Of a DNA stretch of 64,000 nt, positions 60,744 to 64,000 are shown in pieces. The stretch is taken from assembly GCA_900766645.1 (NCBI GenBank), contig CAAFWD010000215.1:215-64214 (forward strand), read 5' to 3'. Both the position numbers and the translations under genes were made by a program. Positions within the stretch are counted from its first letter, which is position 1. Each line of letters opens with the position of its first letter. Below the pieces are notes generated by a model that worked only from the letters and a program-made list of their open reading frames with translations, was not told the DNA's origin and made no database searches. The DNA is from an uncultured Cetobacterium sp. (GTDB taxonomy: Bacteria; Fusobacteriota; Fusobacteriia; Fusobacteriales; Fusobacteriaceae).

Positions 60744-61272
60744 TTAACTTCTCCTTCATCTCTTCATATTTAGGAAGCTCTTCTACTGATGTTATCCCTA
60801 GATAACCTAAAAACTTATCTGTAATTTCATATAAATTCGGCTTTCCTATTGTATTTTTTTTACCACAAATTCTTACAAATTTTCTTTCTTCTAAAGTTTG
60901 AATCACTCTGTCTGTTGAAACACCTCTAACTGCTTCTATCTCACTTTTTGTCACTGGTTGACGGTAAGCAATGATAGATAATGTTTCTAAAGCAGCATTA
61001 GAAAGTTTCTTAGGTTTAGTATCCTGTTTAAAAAACATATTTACAATTTCTCCACATCTTGGATTTGTAATAAAATATACTAACTCTTCGTGAATTTCAA
61101 TATTTATTCCAGTTTGGATTCTTTCCTTTTTTAGCTCTTCTAATACCTCTATAACTTTTTCTGAAGATAAAGAAAAAAACTTGCTCAAATCTTTTATTTT
61201 TATCTCATCTCCACCTAATAAAAGTATTGATTCAATCTGCTCTTTTATTCCTAATTTTACTATATTGTTCAT
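60721..61272 (-). CDS. scpB: SMC-Scp complex subunit ScpB
   Basis: LS.AALETLSIIAYRQPVT..EIE.VRGV, G.P.LY..T..FL. Confidence 0.95.
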   Translation of the reverse strand: MNNIVKLGIKEQIESILLLGGDEIKIKDLSKFFSLSSEKVIEVLEELKKERIQTGINIEIHEELVYFITNPRCGEIVNMFFKQDTKPKKLSNAALETLSIIAYRQPVTKSEIEAVRGVSTDRVIQTLEERKFVRICGKKNTIGKPNLYEITDKFLGYLGITSVEELPKYEEMKEKLNGSDENK

Positions 61273-62786
61273 ATTAATCCCCTATAATAAATATTTTTTA
61301 TATATAAAAATATCTCCTCTGCCACTATATCACTTTGATTTTCTTCTTCAAACAAAAAATGTCCAGTGCTATTTAAAATTCTATCACTTTGATTTTTATA
61401 TCCTTCTTCATATAAAATCAATGCTAATTCTAAATTAGGAATTATTAAATTCTTATTATCTCTTCTTAGAATTCCATAAGAGTTGTTACTTTCAACTATT
61501 AAACTTTTAATATTTTTATCAAATTTTTCTTTTGAAAGTATCCTCATATATTTTATATAACCTTTTCTTTTTAGATATCCTTGATCATTAAGAATTTCTT
61601 CCTCCAAATCAACTCTAACTTTCTCTTTTAACTCTTCCATATTATCTGCGATTTTATTTATATCCATATTTTTTTCAATATTATTCAAAAATTCATAAAA
61701 AATATAACTTTTCAATTTCCAATTTCCTTCTCTGTTAGAAATTTCAGTATATCCTTCTAATAAATTTTCTCTTAAATTTGAAGTTATTTTATCTAAAAAT
61801 TTACCATCTGATATTTCCAATCCTTTTATTTCTGCTATCTTTAAAAAATAATAGTAGTAATAAATCATATCCATTCCTTTTCTATTTTGAAATAAAATTT
61901 CTGTAAAAAATTCATTATCTATAGATTCTGGAGATAATAATGCCTTTATATAAAATAATTTTAATTTGTTTAAATATCTTTCTTTTCCTAAATTTTCATT
62001 TAATTTTGTTTGAATAGAATTATCTGATTGTAATATATAAAAATCTTTCAAAACATCTACAGTTAATTTTTTTTGATCAGAATATTTTTTATTAAATTCT
62101 AACCAAAATCCAACTTCATCACCATATATTTTATCAAAATTTTCATTTTTTGATTTTATAAAATTCTTAAAGTCTATTGATAAAAGATTTCCACTATTAT
62201 TTTCATTTATTGTCTTCCATAAATATATCTTCTCATCTAAACCTTTTATTAATTTATCCTCTAAAACTTTCACTTTAAATTTATTAAAATCAAAAGGACT
62301 CGCTAAAAAAAGATTTAAATTTGAATCCTTTAAAAAATTAACACCTCTATAGCTATAATAATTTTCATTATTTAATACTTCTCCTGAAGTATCTGTGGGA
62401 GAAATTCTATATACAATTTTATAACCTTTTTTCCATCTTATCTTACTCAAATCTGTATACAAATACATTCTACTTTTTGTAGAGTTTGATAGAATAACAT
62501 AAGTTTCTATTTTTTGATTTTCTATAGAATATTCAAGTCTTAATATATTTTTTCCTTGAATATATTCAACCTTAGTATAATAATCTCTTGCATTATATAT
62601 TTTATAATCTTTTATAAAAAGAATATCAATGTTCGAAATTTCATCTCTCTTAGATATATCTCCACGAATATTTTTTAAAACATTATTTTTTCCATCATAA
62701 AAAAGAGCTATCTCACCATTACTAATGAGATAGTCAGCTTTAACTATTGAAAATAAACACAAAAAGATTAATACTATGTTTTTCAT
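61269..62786 (-). CDS. Hypothetical secreted protein (505 aa)
   Basis: Long ORF with RBS AAGGGG and SPase I-like signal peptide (..VKA/D); packed between mreB and scpB. Confidence 0.75.
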   Translation of the reverse strand: MKNIVLIFLCLFSIVKADYLISNGEIALFYDGKNNVLKNIRGDISKRDEISNIDILFIKDYKIYNARDYYTKVEYIQGKNILRLEYSIENQKIETYVILSNSTKSRMYLYTDLSKIRWKKGYKIVYRISPTDTSGEVLNNENYYSYRGVNFLKDSNLNLFLASPFDFNKFKVKVLEDKLIKGLDEKIYLWKTINENNSGNLLSIDFKNFIKSKNENFDKIYGDEVGFWLEFNKKYSDQKKLTVDVLKDFYILQSDNSIQTKLNENLGKERYLNKLKLFYIKALLSPESIDNEFFTEILFQNRKGMDMIYYYYYFLKIAEIKGLEISDGKFLDKITSNLRENLLEGYTEISNREGNWKLKSYIFYEFLNNIEKNMDINKIADNMEELKEKVRVDLEEEILNDQGYLKRKGYIKYMRILSKEKFDKNIKSLIVESNNSYGILRRDNKNLIIPNLELALILYEEGYKNQSDRILNSTGHFLFEEENQSDIVAEEIFLYIKNIYYRGLI

Positions 62787-62797
62787 ATAACCCCTTT

Positions 62798-63844
62798 TTA
62801 ATAATCACTTTCTGGTGAAATTAAAACTCTTTTATATTTGTCAAACTCTTTTAATAGATGCTGTATTCCGTTAACAACTGCATTTAATGGGTCTTCAGCT
62901 ACAGTAACTTCTAAACTTAAACTCTCAGCTATTCTTTTATCCATTCCTCTTAGAAGAGCTCCTCCTCCTGCTAAATAAACACCTTTTCTTTTTATGTCTG
63001 ATGAAAGTTCTGGCGGAGTTTTTTCTAAGATACTTTTTATCTCCTCTATTATAAGTACAATAGCTTCCTCTAATGCCTCTGCTATTTCAGATGAATAAAC
63101 CTTTACATTTTTAGGTAGACCACTTAAAGCATTTCTACCACTTATCTCTATAAATATATCCTCTTCCAAGTCTGTTACTGCTCCAACAGCAATTTTTATC
63201 TCTTCAGCTGTTTTTTCTCCTATAAATAGATTGTGCTTTTGTCTAATATAATCTATTATTAAAGAATCAAATCTGTCTCCTGCTATTTTTAGAGATGATG
63301 TTTTTACAATTCCTCCTAAAGATATTACTCCTATTTCAGTAGTTCCTCCACCGATATCAACAACCATATTTCCTTCAGGTTCAAATATATTTAATCCTAT
63401 CCCAATAGCTGCTGCCATTGGTTCTTCTATTAAGTATGCTTCTCTTGCTCCAGCTTCTCTAGTTACATCCATAACAGCTCTTTTTTCTACTTGAGTTACT
63501 CCTGCTGGAACACAAATAATTACTCTTGGGCTTGATAATGTTTTTCCTTTATTTACAATTTTATAGAACTCTCTTAACATTTTTTCTGTAACTTCGTAAT
63601 CTGCAATTACTCCATTTTTTAAAGGTCTAATTGCTTCTACAGTATGAGGGGTTCTTCCTATCATCTGTTTTGCCTTTTCCCCAACTTCAAATATCTCTTT
63701 TGTTCTTGTATTTATAGCAACAACTGAAGGAGCATTCATTATTATCCCTTTATTTTTTATACATATTAGAGTATTCGATGTTCCTAAATCTATTCCTAAA
63801 TCATCTGAAAATATCCCTAAAAATTTACCTAATACTTTCTTCAT
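62798..63844 (-). CDS. mreB: Rod shape-determining actin homologue MreB
   Basis: GIDLGT.NT, RPL..GVIADY, EEPMAAAIG, VVDIGGGTT, GGGALL. Confidence 0.96.
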   Translation of the reverse strand: MKKVLGKFLGIFSDDLGIDLGTSNTLICIKNKGIIMNAPSVVAINTRTKEIFEVGEKAKQMIGRTPHTVEAIRPLKNGVIADYEVTEKMLREFYKIVNKGKTLSSPRVIICVPAGVTQVEKRAVMDVTREAGAREAYLIEEPMAAAIGIGLNIFEPEGNMVVDIGGGTTEIGVISLGGIVKTSSLKIAGDRFDSLIIDYIRQKHNLFIGEKTAEEIKIAVGAVTDLEEDIFIEISGRNALSGLPKNVKVYSSEIAEALEEAIVLIIEEIKSILEKTPPELSSDIKRKGVYLAGGGALLRGMDKRIAESLSLEVTVAEDPLNAVVNGIQHLLKEFDKYKRVLISPESDY

Positions 63845-63869
63845 CTATTATTCTCTCCTTTGAAATAAT

Positions 63870-64000
63870 CTATATTTTTTTAATATCTTTAATTTCTACA
63901 CCAATCTCTTCTAATGTTTTAATAAACTTATTTATAGGAAATCCCATTATAGAGAAGAAGTCTCCCTCTATTTTTTCAACAAAAACAGAACCTAATCCTT
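63870..64000 (-). CDS. maf: Maf-family nucleotide pyrophosphatase, C-terminal part (truncated by window edge)
   Basis: Manual translation GLGSVFVEKIEGDFFSIMGFPINKFIKTLEEIGVEIKDIKKI*, matching the Maf C-terminal I.GD...V.GLP motif; upstream of mreB. Confidence 0.85.
   Translation of the reverse strand, partial: GLGSVFVEKIEGDFFSIMGFPINKFIKTLEEIGVEIKDIKKI

Noticed and set aside
1282..61438. The short ORF-track entries nested in or antisense to long genes (e.g. 1282-1533, 6910-7179, 15426-15725, 24392-24757, 28153-28545, 32901-33410, 56326-56631, 59620-59955)
   Set aside because: Shadow frames of well-supported genes, with no RBS or family motifs and composition typical of antisense frames.

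Overview
Low-GC, gene-dense core chromosomal DNA, most consistent with a Fusobacteriaceae member (Cetobacterium-like; inferred from AT content, lipid A acyltransferase alongside Firmicute-like gene content, and a doubled HprK). No phage, IS, CRISPR array or defence island is visible. Left half, mostly + strand: adhE 3' part, a peptide ABC operon, nucleoside kinase, folE-folB/K-folP, ylxM-ffh-rpsP, tex, a His-less sensor kinase, ileS-lspA-glyQS, SAM-I riboswitch-metK, an ArsC-family gene and tRNA-Glu/Ala/Met. At about 27.4-27.5 kb gene orientation and strand-specific codon bias flip, and a dif-like site lies in that gap, so this is the probable replication terminus. Right half: a yybP-ykoY riboswitch with a P-type ATPase, carAB, grdX, rapZ-uvrC-lipoprotein-PP2C phosphatase, a nucleoside ABC transporter, clpB, a solitary 5S rRNA, then a long minus-strand block (maf, mreB, hypothetical, scpB, rluB, gatCAB, L,D-transpeptidase; acyltransferase, mtnN, folC, hprK, yitT, nrnA, sepF). 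The most interesting signals are an unannotated 48-codon U-rich leader ORF whose stop lies inside a terminator upstream of carA (candidate pyrL-like UTP-sensing attenuator), an orphan 5S rRNA with its own promoter, a pseudo-histidine kinase coupled to ileS, the candidate dif site, and a tandem HprK with one degenerate kinase unit.
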